A DNA stretch of 64,000 nucleotides from IMG/VR virus record IMGVR_UViG_3300010359_000001, positions 2,345 to 66,344 of that record; one strand, given 5' to 3'. Every line of letters starts with the position of its first letter. Position 1 is the stretch's first letter. Positions 1-8,843 of this stretch are shown one piece after another. The translations under genes were made by a program, and so were the position numbers. A model generated the notes under the pieces. It did not search any database. It saw only the letters and a program-made list of their open reading frames with translations, and was not told the DNA's origin. Origin of the DNA: a virus. Its lineage: Duplodnaviria > Caudoviricetes.

Positions 1-297
1 ACCTACTGGCAATTTGTGGTGCCCCTCTGTGAATAGCTGCCCAGTAGCCCACTGTTTCAGGCATGGCGTGCCTGGTGAGAATACCAACCATGTCTCCCCA
101 TCAGCTACATCTAGTTCCACATAATGCCGTATCTGTCCGATGGTGTAGATATCACGGTCAGTCAGCAACTCCTTTCGTAAGCGCCAACCGTCAGCGAAGA
201 ATTCACAGCCGACTTCTTCGCATGTTGCGCTACGCCAATGTGTAGCTAGTGGTGCACGTATCTGGTAGGTCTTCTTTACCAATGGGTCTAATGCCAT
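1..297 (-). CDS. Conserved tail-region protein following the tail tube gene (partial, runs off the window)
   Basis: Not in the ORF track. Its ATG overlaps the tail tube stop (TGATG) and it reads MALDPLVKKTYQIRAPLATHWRSATCEEVGC... without a stop to position 1. Confidence 0.65.
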   Translation of the reverse strand, partial: MALDPLVKKTYQIRAPLATHWRSATCEEVGCEFFADGWRLRKELLTDRDIYTIGQIRHYVELDVADGETWLVFSPGTPCLKQWATGQLFTEGHHKLPVG

Positions 298-1040
298 CAC
301 TCCACCGCCGTAAGGTAACGAATAACATTGACTGAGAAGATAGCATTAGAGAACACACCTGTTGTGACGACCCTTAGCCACCGCTCTACAGTGAGTCCGG
401 TAGCCGTCTGTATACGTTGGCTAGTGATACCTGTCGCTGCTGTGAACCCACCACCTACTACGTCCGCGTAGGCATCGGCTACAGCGTTGTCACTAGACTC
501 CTGAATCTTGATGGTGACACTAGTACCGGTGAAGGTAAAGACGTGTAGGTAAGCTGCTATGCCAAATGTGCTACTAGCCGAGAAATCTACACCCGTACCG
601 TTGGTTGCACTACCATCTGTACGCTTGCCTGCTGTGAGCTGTACTCCCCATTCCAGTGGCTTGCCGTTGGATGATTGAGAATCGATCTCGAATGTCAGCT
701 CCCCCTTGTTGGTACGTTTACCATCGTAATTTATTTGCTTGGCTACATGGCTGGCGGCAGGCTTCCCTAATGTTGTACCACGACAGTAGGTCATGACCTG
801 GTCAGCCGTTGGCAGCAACGACAATCGCTTGTGAGCCTGTCCAGCTGATTTGTTGAAGAATGCAGTATATTTGATCTGGCCACTCTTGATACCGGCTAGT
901 CGTTCTATTCCTAATTTATCTATGGCGGTATCCTCGATAAGGTCGAATCCACCACTAATGTTGTCCAATGCTCCAATGTCTCCGCTGAGATCGTAACCTG
1001 CAATGTACAGATTGTCTCCTAGTCCACTCTGTTTAGCCAT
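297..1040 (-). CDS. Major tail (tube) protein
   Basis: 247 aa, MAKQSGLGDNLYIAGYDLSGDI... start typical of actinophage tail tubes; sits directly after the connector and tail-terminator genes. Confidence 0.75.
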   Translation of the reverse strand: MAKQSGLGDNLYIAGYDLSGDIGALDNISGGFDLIEDTAIDKLGIERLAGIKSGQIKYTAFFNKSAGQAHKRLSLLPTADQVMTYCRGTTLGKPAASHVAKQINYDGKRTNKGELTFEIDSQSSNGKPLEWGVQLTAGKRTDGSATNGTGVDFSASSTFGIAAYLHVFTFTGTSVTIKIQESSDNAVADAYADVVGGGFTAATGITSQRIQTATGLTVERWLRVVTTGVFSNAIFSVNVIRYLTAVE

Positions 1041-1350
1041 TGTCGACTGCCACCAACGGTCCGTTGAGAGCTACTGAATGCTTATGGGTGGCCATGCGTC
1101 TAAGGTCGGCGACCGGGTTGTCTTGCAACAGTCTGTGTATCTCTCTGGCCTTAGCAAGCCACGTAACAGGGATCTGCTCCAGATAGCGAGTGTGTATTGT
1201 AGTCCCTTCCGCGCTAACAGTTAGTACAACATGGTTCCGCTCTGCCGACCACACATCGGGATACCATCGAACCATCGTATTGCCCATTCCGCAGATACCA
1301 TTTGAGCCGACTATAATCACCGGTCTCTCAGAGTCTATGTTGACTTCCAC
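1033..1350 (-). CDS. Hypothetical protein
   Basis: 105 aa ORF overlapping its neighbours in operon fashion. Confidence 0.55.
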   Translation of the reverse strand: MEVNIDSERPVIIVGSNGICGMGNTMVRWYPDVWSAERNHVVLTVSAEGTTIHTRYLEQIPVTWLAKAREIHRLLQDNPVADLRRMATHKHSVALNGPLVAVDNG

Positions 1351-1879
1351 GTTCAGCCTCCACTTTTGCTATCACTGCGATATCTGCATCAGGAGATATC
1401 GGGATTCCACTCATTACCCTGACTAGAGCCCTCGACAGTTCACTGACCCGTACTCTAAGCATCTGCATCTGACCAGTGTGGTCAGATGAGAAGCACTCCC
1501 ATCCCTGCCTAGAGTTTCCCAACATTTTAGTAAGGATCTCTAGACGTTCTTCTGTATCTCCGTCTAGTATCCGAGCCAGAAGCCGCCCTGGGGTTAGCGT
1601 TGCATATGACATAGGTGGCGTGTCATCAGCTCCGTGCCGACCAACGAAACTTCCCTCCTCAATTGCCTGACGTAAATAGCACGCACCATCTAGCAATTCC
1701 TGATAAGCGTCGATCAGAGAGTTACGTCCATTGCCAGCCTGTAGCGCTGTTCCATACCGCTCCAGTCCAATTGACTCCCGTTGCTCCAAGTCCTTACGTA
1801 CCAGCGCATGGATACTTTCATTGTCGTTGTGTATAGGTGGTGGCTGGTCCTCAATTGCTGTCATGGCGCCTGCTCCCAT
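1328..1879 (-). CDS. Two-domain protein: N-terminal all-alpha NTP-pyrophosphatase-like domain plus a C-terminal domain paralogous to 2692-2970
   Basis: GLERYGT...YQELLDGACYL resembles the E-x-x-D-x-x-x-Y helix of the MazG/dUTPase-like superfamily; the C-terminus aligns with 2692-2970. Confidence 0.45.
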   Translation of the reverse strand: MGAGAMTAIEDQPPPIHNDNESIHALVRKDLEQRESIGLERYGTALQAGNGRNSLIDAYQELLDGACYLRQAIEEGSFVGRHGADDTPPMSYATLTPGRLLARILDGDTEERLEILTKMLGNSRQGWECFSSDHTGQMQMLRVRVSELSRALVRVMSGIPISPDADIAVIAKVEAERGSQHRL

Positions 1880-2319
1880 AGGTCGTTAATAATGAGTGGT
1901 ATCGTCAGTGTCATAGCTCGAAACATCTTTCCATCCTGTTCGATGTATCCGGCTTGTGCACGCAATGCCGTACCAGTCTCACCTAATATATCTACATTTC
2001 GTATGAGTCCACCTAGGGTGAAATCTCCAGAGTAGCCATTAAATAGTGCGTCAACCGCGCCAAGAACAATGGGATCTATGGCATCCTGTGGCCTCATCAG
2101 CATATTTTGATAAATGCGCAGGTAGAAAATTATCAATCCACTTGTGATAGACAATCCAGACGCCTCTGGTACTGCAATTATCTCCTGTGCCCATATAGCA
2201 GCTGTCAATCCGTTGCCAGGTGCACGCTTAGGTTCATGTCCATTGACAGATTCAAATAGGCCAGTCTCTAAGGCATGATCTTCCATGGCATTGAACAAAG
2301 CCACTACGTCAAGTGCCAT
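1861..2319 (-). CDS. Tail terminator / head-tail joining protein
   Basis: 152 aa, FESVNGHEPKRAPGNGLTAAIW motif; position just upstream of the tail tube gene. Confidence 0.65.
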   Translation of the reverse strand: MALDVVALFNAMEDHALETGLFESVNGHEPKRAPGNGLTAAIWAQEIIAVPEASGLSITSGLIIFYLRIYQNMLMRPQDAIDPIVLGAVDALFNGYSGDFTLGGLIRNVDILGETGTALRAQAGYIEQDGKMFRAMTLTIPLIINDLWEQAP

Positions 2320-2699
2320 CAGTTCATCCTGGAAATATGATTGTCGAGTAACCCATCAGCGATGTGCACTGACTTTGCATCTAGTTGTTGCCTGACCATG
2401 CGGAAAGTTGCATAACCCTTAAAGCGCGTCCTGGCATTGCGGCTGGACGTTCCATCTAGCCATGGACCATAGACAATCTTGCTGTCTGTAACAGCCATAT
2501 CGTCACGCTGACGTTCCGTCCTGATGTGGCGAGAATAGTTACCAGTCGGGTTCCTCAGCACCGAGTCTAGATAGCCCTTTACCTCATTTACGCCGCGTTC
2601 GGCTATCGTACGTTCAGCCTCAGTAGAAAATGCTTCCAGCTCCCGCTCAGCAGTCCCATCGAACAGCGGCCCAGAAATTGTTACCTCAATGTCAACCAT
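2319..2699 (-). CDS. Neck protein, HK97 gp10-like
   Basis: 126 aa, YGPWLDGTSSRN..TRFKGY motif; lies between the adaptor and tail terminator. Confidence 0.55.
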   Translation of the reverse strand: MVDIEVTISGPLFDGTAERELEAFSTEAERTIAERGVNEVKGYLDSVLRNPTGNYSRHIRTERQRDDMAVTDSKIVYGPWLDGTSSRNARTRFKGYATFRMVRQQLDAKSVHIADGLLDNHISRMN

Positions 2700-2970
2700 T
2701 GACTATCTCCGCCTCTTTAGTCGCTACCAACACTAGGCCAGGGTCAACAGGAAACCCACCTACCGCACTGACTAGAGCAATGGACAACGACCTGATGTGA
2801 GCGTTGAGATTGTCAATCTCGATAGTGTGTCCCTTCAGGAAACAGTCACTCGCCTCCCTACTGGCCTTCAGTGCCATCGCACAGATATCCAGTTGCCTGT
2901 CACGGTCCGATTCGAGGATCATGTCTAGGAGCTGTTCCGGCGTCTGTTCAATACCATCAGCCATGGTCAC
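2692..2970 (-). CDS. Hypothetical protein, paralog of the C-terminus of 1328-1879
   Basis: TPEQLLDMILESD...DCFLKGH...LSIALV aligns with TPGRLLARILDGD...ECFSSDH...LSRALV. Confidence 0.6.
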   Translation of the reverse strand: MTMADGIEQTPEQLLDMILESDRDRQLDICAMALKASREASDCFLKGHTIEIDNLNAHIRSLSIALVSAVGGFPVDPGLVLVATKEAEIVNG

Positions 2971-4016
2971 ACTGCCCTGTGTCTGTTCTTTCGTCCATGT
3001 GTTGTGCAGGTCTGCAAACGTAAGTCGATTAGTCCAACACCCCGCGCCTCTATTGCCGTCTCGCCACTACCTACCACGCGTGCGTACGCACTCTGTTCCT
3101 GTTCTATGGCTGATAGCACCTCGGCGATACAACGTTGATTGATTAATGGGGGAGGCACCCACTTACTGATTGCAGTACCAATCAAGTGACTTGCCTCGGT
3201 GCTACCGATTGCACCCCTACCGACCGTGAGCAACCGGGAGACGTAAATGTCACTACTGCTGTGAGCAGCTAGTACACTGCCATCCCATGCTCGTTTCACC
3301 GTCAGATTATTTCCAGCAATATCGACAATCAGCATCTTCTCGCTATTGAGTAAGATAACCTCATCGACATTGAAATCTGTTCCATCAGTAACAGCTACAG
3401 TGACCATTCCAGAACTAGCCGACATGTCAGACTGAAGGTTCTGTGTTGAATAGAGCCATCCACGATCAGTGACTAATAGGTATTCGCTCTCAACTCGCAG
3501 CAAATCACCAATACCAACTAGTGCACCATTGGGAACAGTGATCGTGGTCACATTGTCATTGGTTGCAACGACTAGACCACCAATAGGAAAGAATTCGAGG
3601 TCACACCCAGCGAACATCCCACTAATGATAATGGCATTCTGGTAAGTGTTCCCCAATGAAAACGAGCTATTAGTCGAAATGTCAATCTCGACTCGGTTAT
3701 ACGGAGGTCCATCATTCGGGTACAGGATAAGGCTACTAGGCGTTATAGACACGCCACCGCTGGTCAGTGAAGTAATAGAAAACAGCTCTTTGTCGTCGAG
3801 CCATAGTCGCCATGGGGTGGGCGATGACGGATTGGTCCAATCCCACCGTAGTGTATCTATCCTCGGATAGAAAACACGATGCAGCTCACCGTCCATCGAA
3901 CGGGAGCATGACGCTAACAGACGGTCGATCTGAGCATTAGCTCTCGCCGTCTCCGTGATATCTAGTGCACGCTTTATCATTTCCCTAGTTGCGTACACAG
4001 GCTGTGTCAATGTCAA
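2967..4016 (-). CDS. Head-to-tail adaptor with inserted tandem beta-rich domains
   Basis: N-terminus VYATREMIKRALD...IDRLLASCSRSMD is typical of adaptors; 349 aa is long for one, with two TITV..G..F/GD....E..LV repeats. Confidence 0.6.
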   Translation of the reverse strand: MTLTQPVYATREMIKRALDITETARANAQIDRLLASCSRSMDGELHRVFYPRIDTLRWDWTNPSSPTPWRLWLDDKELFSITSLTSGGVSITPSSLILYPNDGPPYNRVEIDISTNSSFSLGNTYQNAIIISGMFAGCDLEFFPIGGLVVATNDNVTTITVPNGALVGIGDLLRVESEYLLVTDRGWLYSTQNLQSDMSASSGMVTVAVTDGTDFNVDEVILLNSEKMLIVDIAGNNLTVKRAWDGSVLAAHSSSDIYVSRLLTVGRGAIGSTEASHLIGTAISKWVPPPLINQRCIAEVLSAIEQEQSAYARVVGSGETAIEARGVGLIDLRLQTCTTHGRKNRHRAV

Positions 4017-4095
4017 TTGTCCAGCCTCCTCGGTTGCTTTCTACGGGATGACTGAATAGACAGTTATTCGGTTATGAACACGTCACCTAACGGAC

Positions 4096-4494
4096 CTAAC
4101 GGCGTCGTCTACTAGGCCGTTCAGGTTCAGGTTCAGGTTCAGGTTCAGATGACTCACTGGTCTCTCCACCCACAGAATCGGCAGTATCTGACGTTTCCTG
4201 GGGTGACGGATAAGGGCTCTCCATCATTTGGGCAGGCAATGTGCTCTCGTCGCTCGGCTGCTCTCCGCTCGGCAATTGACTCTCTGATGATATTGAGTAG
4301 TCCGTACCAACTGATTGAAATTCACCACCTTCGGTCTCCAGTGTTGCATCACTGTCACCACCATGCTTTGTAATCTTTGGCACCATATCACCCTCTTTGA
4401 ATTCCCGACAGTGACAACGTGGGCAACGTGTTAAACTGACTGAGTAGAGTGTCCAACATTGAATACACTCCCACATAGCTACTACACCACTCAT
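4096..4494 (-). CDS. Hypothetical protein with N-terminal zinc finger and acidic Pro-Glu tail
   Basis: WECIQC...CPRC motif; PEPEPEPE encoded by an (aggttc)n repeat at about 4120-4147. Confidence 0.55.
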   Translation of the reverse strand: MSGVVAMWECIQCWTLYSVSLTRCPRCHCREFKEGDMVPKITKHGGDSDATLETEGGEFQSVGTDYSISSESQLPSGEQPSDESTLPAQMMESPYPSPQETSDTADSVGGETSESSEPEPEPEPERPSRRRR

Positions 4495-5015
4495 ACAGCT
4501 GCCAACACTGCACCATCATCAATAGGTATACCCGTCAGTGTCCATTTAACTGCCCCGGTGCCGGGATCGTGGTTTGAACAGAGCACACTCAATGTCCCGG
4601 CCCTGACCACAATGGGACGCCACAGCATGTGAACAAATGTAACGTTAGGCACTTCGGCGGCCGCATGCGGGGTAACGTCATTAGTTTCTGACGCTGACTG
4701 GATACTCAGTAGGTCTGTAGCAATTCCACTAGTTACTCCGTAGAGAGTGCCTACTACATCAGCAGTAATAACGGTAGCCCCGCACAGATCAGCAGCAACG
4801 CCGCCACTGGGGGTGTATTGGACTTTGGCTGTAAGGCTTGCCGTGTTCGCGATGGCGGTTGTTACCTCACCAATAATACCTGTGATGGCGAACTTTCCAC
4901 CAGTGATCGTGAACAGGTTGACGGCTGCGTTCTGTACTAGTGTAGCTGGACCTTTCTGTGCACGCAGGCCAAACATCAGCGCTCGGATCTGGTCTCCAGT
5001 GATGAGAGTACTCAT
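4491..5015 (-). CDS. Putative head-associated / decoration protein
   Basis: 174 aa beta-rich, Ala/Gly/Thr-rich ORF downstream of the capsid gene. Confidence 0.45.
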   Translation of the reverse strand: MSTLITGDQIRALMFGLRAQKGPATLVQNAAVNLFTITGGKFAITGIIGEVTTAIANTASLTAKVQYTPSGGVAADLCGATVITADVVGTLYGVTSGIATDLLSIQSASETNDVTPHAAAEVPNVTFVHMLWRPIVVRAGTLSVLCSNHDPGTGAVKWTLTGIPIDDGAVLAAV

Positions 5016-5030
5016 ATCAGATACCTCCCC

Positions 5031-5540
5031 TCACGCTTGCGGGTTGGCTAGATTCTCGGGGGCACGCTGAACAGTCAAATCGTGCAACAGGTATAGGACA
5101 GCCCCCAACTGTGCGTTGGAACCAGTGTCCGCCACGTCGAGGGACACCCACTCATAACCGTCGCTCAGTTGAGTGCCGTCAATGCTAAAAACTATGACCT
5201 GCTGAGATTCGGCACTGGTACCCGCTCCACCCGGGTCCACAATGGTAGCAGCGGCAGCCTGTGCCAGTCTCGACCATGTCTCACTAGCCGATAACGTAGT
5301 TGCATTCTTCAAGTAGTAAGATGTAATAGCTATCAGGTTGGTACTGGAACCGCCACTGGCAGCCGTGTGCTGCTTCAATGTTAATGTGGGATCATCGCCA
5401 GCAGTTCCAGCACCCTTGAATACAACGAACGTGCATGACGCTGCATTCTTTAGATGCACACGGTTCCCAGTGCGGGCCGTCTGTAGATCTAGTGGCGCTA
5501 TTCCAGGAACTACGTCGAACAGCCTTCCGAGTGCTCGCAT
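5031..5540 (-). CDS. Putative capsid accessory protein
   Basis: 169 aa, ...TLKQ.TAASGG...DG..LSDGYEWV pattern typical of the gene following HK97-type capsid genes. Confidence 0.5.
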   Translation of the reverse strand: MRALGRLFDVVPGIAPLDLQTARTGNRVHLKNAASCTFVVFKGAGTAGDDPTLTLKQHTAASGGSSTNLIAITSYYLKNATTLSASETWSRLAQAAAATIVDPGGAGTSAESQQVIVFSIDGTQLSDGYEWVSLDVADTGSNAQLGAVLYLLHDLTVQRAPENLANPQA

Positions 5541-5623
5541 CTATTATCGTCCTTCCTAGTGGGGTGTTAATGCCACTTCGGATTAGTCACCCATCGGGGT
5601 GTCAATGCCGATGAGAACTAGTG

Positions 5624-5971
5624 TTACCTGACTCCGATTCTCCTACTACAGGTAGGCCATGCTCCCCAACCCTGACTCCTAAGTACACGTTCAGCCACTA
5701 CTATCTGGTTCCTCTTCGACGCAAGGTCAGCTCTATGCGCGAACTGACCACGCCTAAATGAATCCCAGGTAGGATCATGAAACTGCAAACCGCCATAGTA
5801 GCCATTACCTGTATTGAGATGCCACCGGCCTCCGGACTCACACTGCGCTAATCTGTCCCAGGTATTAACTGGTACTGCATCGGCAGTACCTAGTCCGACT
5901 AGTATTAGTAGTAGGGAGGAAACTAAAGCAGTGAACAGTATTGAGAGTCGAGAGGACATGATTAATATCAC
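5624..5971 (-). CDS. rpf: Secreted resuscitation-promoting-factor (Rpf) type lytic transglycosylase
   Basis: Signal peptide ending ADA, then WDRLAQCESGGRWHLNTGNGYYGGLQF...TW...QI.VAERVL.SQGWGAWPTC, a complete Rpf domain with the catalytic Glu. Confidence 0.92.
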   Translation of the reverse strand: MILIMSSRLSILFTALVSSLLLILVGLGTADAVPVNTWDRLAQCESGGRWHLNTGNGYYGGLQFHDPTWDSFRRGQFAHRADLASKRNQIVVAERVLRSQGWGAWPTCSRRIGVR

Positions 5972-7515
5972 CTTGCTCCCAGCTTGACTACGGGGGATAA
6001 CGTATCGCTGTTGTTCTTCGGAGTAATAGCACTGTTAAGCCATGGCCTACCATCAACCCTTTCAATAATACGATAAGCTGTTTCGTCATTGCCGAACCGA
6101 TAGTGAGGACTGCTCATCGCTGACATTACCTGGCGATCACCTATTAGGTAGAATCCGAAATCGACGAATGAAATATCCCCGGCATCACCCAACTTCGGGG
6201 CCTTCTCGGTAACGATGACGGGTCGTCCTAGGATAGTAGTGGGCGGGCCACTAGTACCATTAGTCAGCCAGATCGCAGAACCGCCCGTGCCGACACTGAG
6301 AGCCATCGTGGCAAGTTCAGGGAAAGCATTGGGAGGAATCAACCACACTGCGCGGTTGAGACTCTGAGGAAGCATCCTGGCATACATCTTGACGAAGTTC
6401 TCCCACACAACCGAGTCGGCAGGTTGACTCGGCTCAGCTGCAACAGTGATGGCTGCTGCACTGTTGAAAACGCCCAGCGGCATACCGACGCCATTGCCAT
6501 TGAGAAATGCATCGTCTTCATACCAGCCGAGTGCTTCCGGAAATAGTTGATCGAGAAGTGCTTGCATCGAGATAAGGCTGTCCGACATAAGTTCATTCGG
6601 AACCTGAGCGTACGTTGTAAGTTTCTTTGCATCGAGTACAACCCTGCCGAATGAAGCACTAGATGCGGTAAGGGTCGCTCCCTCCTCCGTCCAGTAGGCA
6701 ACGATACCGCCATACACACTGGATACGTTGCTAGTGCTGTCGATGGACGGGAATGGAACACGTAGACTGTCCATTGGAATGACACGTGCACGTGGCCGAA
6801 CGATAGCGTTTTCCAGGCTCAGTGCAAGCAGCTCACTGCGGAGAATTTCAGGAATGAGGAATCCACCCTCACTAGGTACCACGCTACTGAACGCGTTGCG
6901 AATACGACTCAGTTTAGTCTGCACATCCTGAGTTTTGTTCGCCAGATGCCAAATCGTCTTGAAGTAATCGGATGCGTCGCGAAATTCCCTGTCCAGGACA
7001 GAACCCATGGCGTTGGGGTTATAGACCTTGTTTCTAGCTTTCGCATTCCCCGGCTCAGTTCCCATGCGCTCTACTTGCCGCATATCCGGGCGCACGATTC
7101 CGTCAACCTCATCAGTCTTCAACCAGTCACGCAAAACTCGCTGGCACTCAGCCTGTACCTGGGCGGCAATTTCGACCTCTTTGTTCAGGTACTGTCTACT
7201 GTAATTGGTAATCAGTTCAGGCAGCTTGCCCTGGGCAAATACCTTTTGCATTCGGGCACTGTCGCCAATCAATTCCTCCAACCCGGCCGGAGAATCCGGG
7301 ATTGTAATATCTTCGAGATCAGGTCCGCTGCTGCTCACCGGTACGCTTGGTTGTCCACTAGGTGGCACAGGAACCCGGTTGAAGATACGCCCGGAATCCT
7401 CCGGCCGGTACCCACGTCGGCAAATCTGCCTGATTGCCCATGCTGGGAGATTGCCACGATGACCACGGGGCAATCCATAGCAAGCGATTCCGTCTCTTTC
7501 GGTCGCCGTGGTCAT
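5968..7515 (-). CDS. Major capsid protein, HK97 fold, with long N-terminal delta/scaffold region
   Basis: SEGGFLIPE, YWTEEG, LDAKKL, TILGRPVIVTE and FYLIGDRQ motifs. Confidence 0.9.
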   Translation of the reverse strand: MTTATERDGIACYGLPRGHRGNLPAWAIRQICRRGYRPEDSGRIFNRVPVPPSGQPSVPVSSSGPDLEDITIPDSPAGLEELIGDSARMQKVFAQGKLPELITNYSRQYLNKEVEIAAQVQAECQRVLRDWLKTDEVDGIVRPDMRQVERMGTEPGNAKARNKVYNPNAMGSVLDREFRDASDYFKTIWHLANKTQDVQTKLSRIRNAFSSVVPSEGGFLIPEILRSELLALSLENAIVRPRARVIPMDSLRVPFPSIDSTSNVSSVYGGIVAYWTEEGATLTASSASFGRVVLDAKKLTTYAQVPNELMSDSLISMQALLDQLFPEALGWYEDDAFLNGNGVGMPLGVFNSAAAITVAAEPSQPADSVVWENFVKMYARMLPQSLNRAVWLIPPNAFPELATMALSVGTGGSAIWLTNGTSGPPTTILGRPVIVTEKAPKLGDAGDISFVDFGFYLIGDRQVMSAMSSPHYRFGNDETAYRIIERVDGRPWLNSAITPKNNSDTLSPVVKLGAR

Positions 7516-8843
7516 AGTAAACCTCTCTTGATTGCATCCTTGAATTGTTCGGCAGTAATCGTAGGACCAGCCGGTGGCAATGTAGGTAACGGTTCCGGCT
7601 GGTCAGCTATTGCTGGCATATCCTCTGCAACTGCTCTTATTGCCTCCCTGAACATATCGGCATTAAACCCGTACAGTCCATGTAAGTCAGCCGCAGTAGC
7701 TACAGCAGTCTTGAATACGTCGGGGTTCCACCATTTGTCGAAATCGCTTAGGTCTACTACCTCTATTGGTAATTGGTCATCATTGGACGGCTCACCACCG
7801 CCATCCTCCAAGTGCTTATTGAGATGTGCTCTCACTGCGTCCTGCTCATCACTCGGAATATCGCAGAGCGATAGCTGAGCTAATGCGTCCCGCACACCGT
7901 CCATATGTGCAGCACCCGGTGAGCCATCCTCACCAGCTACGTGATGTGGAAATGAACATGCGTCCTTTGGTAATTCACCATCCTCGATGCGACTGGCGTC
8001 ATACCAGGCATACATCTTGCGGGCGGTGGCAATGGACATTGGAAACACTAACTTTCCTTGCTCCGAATCAGCGTCCCAACTATCGTCCTCTGTTGTTTCA
8101 GTGTCATGAGTTGGACATGCCATGCTGACAGGTTTGGGTGTACGGTTGACAATTTGAACTGGCACGGCATTGGTATTGCGCCGCCTGCGTTCAGCTGGTT
8201 CTCCCTCCGTTCCCTGTTCAGGCTCATAAGTCTCATCAGCTAATCCGGCAGCAACGGCCTCTTGTCCCACGTACCAGCTAACGGCCTTCATGGCCTTACG
8301 CCACACATTCACCGTCGAGCACCGTTGGGCGTAAATGTCCGCAATGTTGTCCGACGTTCGGTCTAACAATTCTGCCATGTCAATCATATCTTGTGCATTG
8401 CCAATGCAGATACCACTAGCATCATGTATCATCATGGTGCCATTGCGGGCAATCTTGACGGTACCACCGGCCTGAGCAATAAATGATGCACTACTCGCAG
8501 CCAATCCATCGATATACGTGGTGATACTGGCTGGGTGTGTGCACAGTGCATTGTAAATAGCGATGCCGTCCCATACATCGCCACCCTCGCTATTGATTCG
8601 CAAGTCGATGTGCACGGCTTCTAGGTTCTGCAACTCACGAACCAAATCAGCGGCCGTGAACCCCCACATACCGATCTCATCGTAAATGAACAGTTCAGCA
8701 TTACCGACACCGCTAGCCAGGTTCTTGATTCGGTACCAGCCATTGCCATCAGTCGGCCGCGTTCCGGTCCGCCGAGACATTTCAACTAAGTTGCCGATTT
8801 CTGCCCGGTTGGTTAGCCTACTAGTCAGGCGCATCATTCTCAT
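7512..8843 (-). CDS. ClpP-type prohead protease with C-terminal extension
   Basis: INSEGGDVWDG, IDGLAASSASFI (catalytic Ser) and MMIHDA (His) motifs; C-terminal YAWYD...FPHH...AHLNKH domain. Confidence 0.9.
   Translation of the reverse strand: MRMMRLTSRLTNRAEIGNLVEMSRRTGTRPTDGNGWYRIKNLASGVGNAELFIYDEIGMWGFTAADLVRELQNLEAVHIDLRINSEGGDVWDGIAIYNALCTHPASITTYIDGLAASSASFIAQAGGTVKIARNGTMMIHDASGICIGNAQDMIDMAELLDRTSDNIADIYAQRCSTVNVWRKAMKAVSWYVGQEAVAAGLADETYEPEQGTEGEPAERRRRNTNAVPVQIVNRTPKPVSMACPTHDTETTEDDSWDADSEQGKLVFPMSIATARKMYAWYDASRIEDGELPKDACSFPHHVAGEDGSPGAAHMDGVRDALAQLSLCDIPSDEQDAVRAHLNKHLEDGGGEPSNDDQLPIEVVDLSDFDKWWNPDVFKTAVATAADLHGLYGFNADMFREAIRAVAEDMPAIADQPEPLPTLPPAGPTITAEQFKDAIKRGLL

Noticed and set aside
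4118-4148. (AGGTTC)n tandem repeat
   Set aside because: Simply encodes a Pro-Glu linker; no sign of phase variation (unit length is a multiple of 3).
6946-7878. 310-aa plus-strand ORF antisense to the capsid and protease genes
   Set aside because: Shadow ORF opposite strongly conserved genes, with no recognisable motif or RBS.
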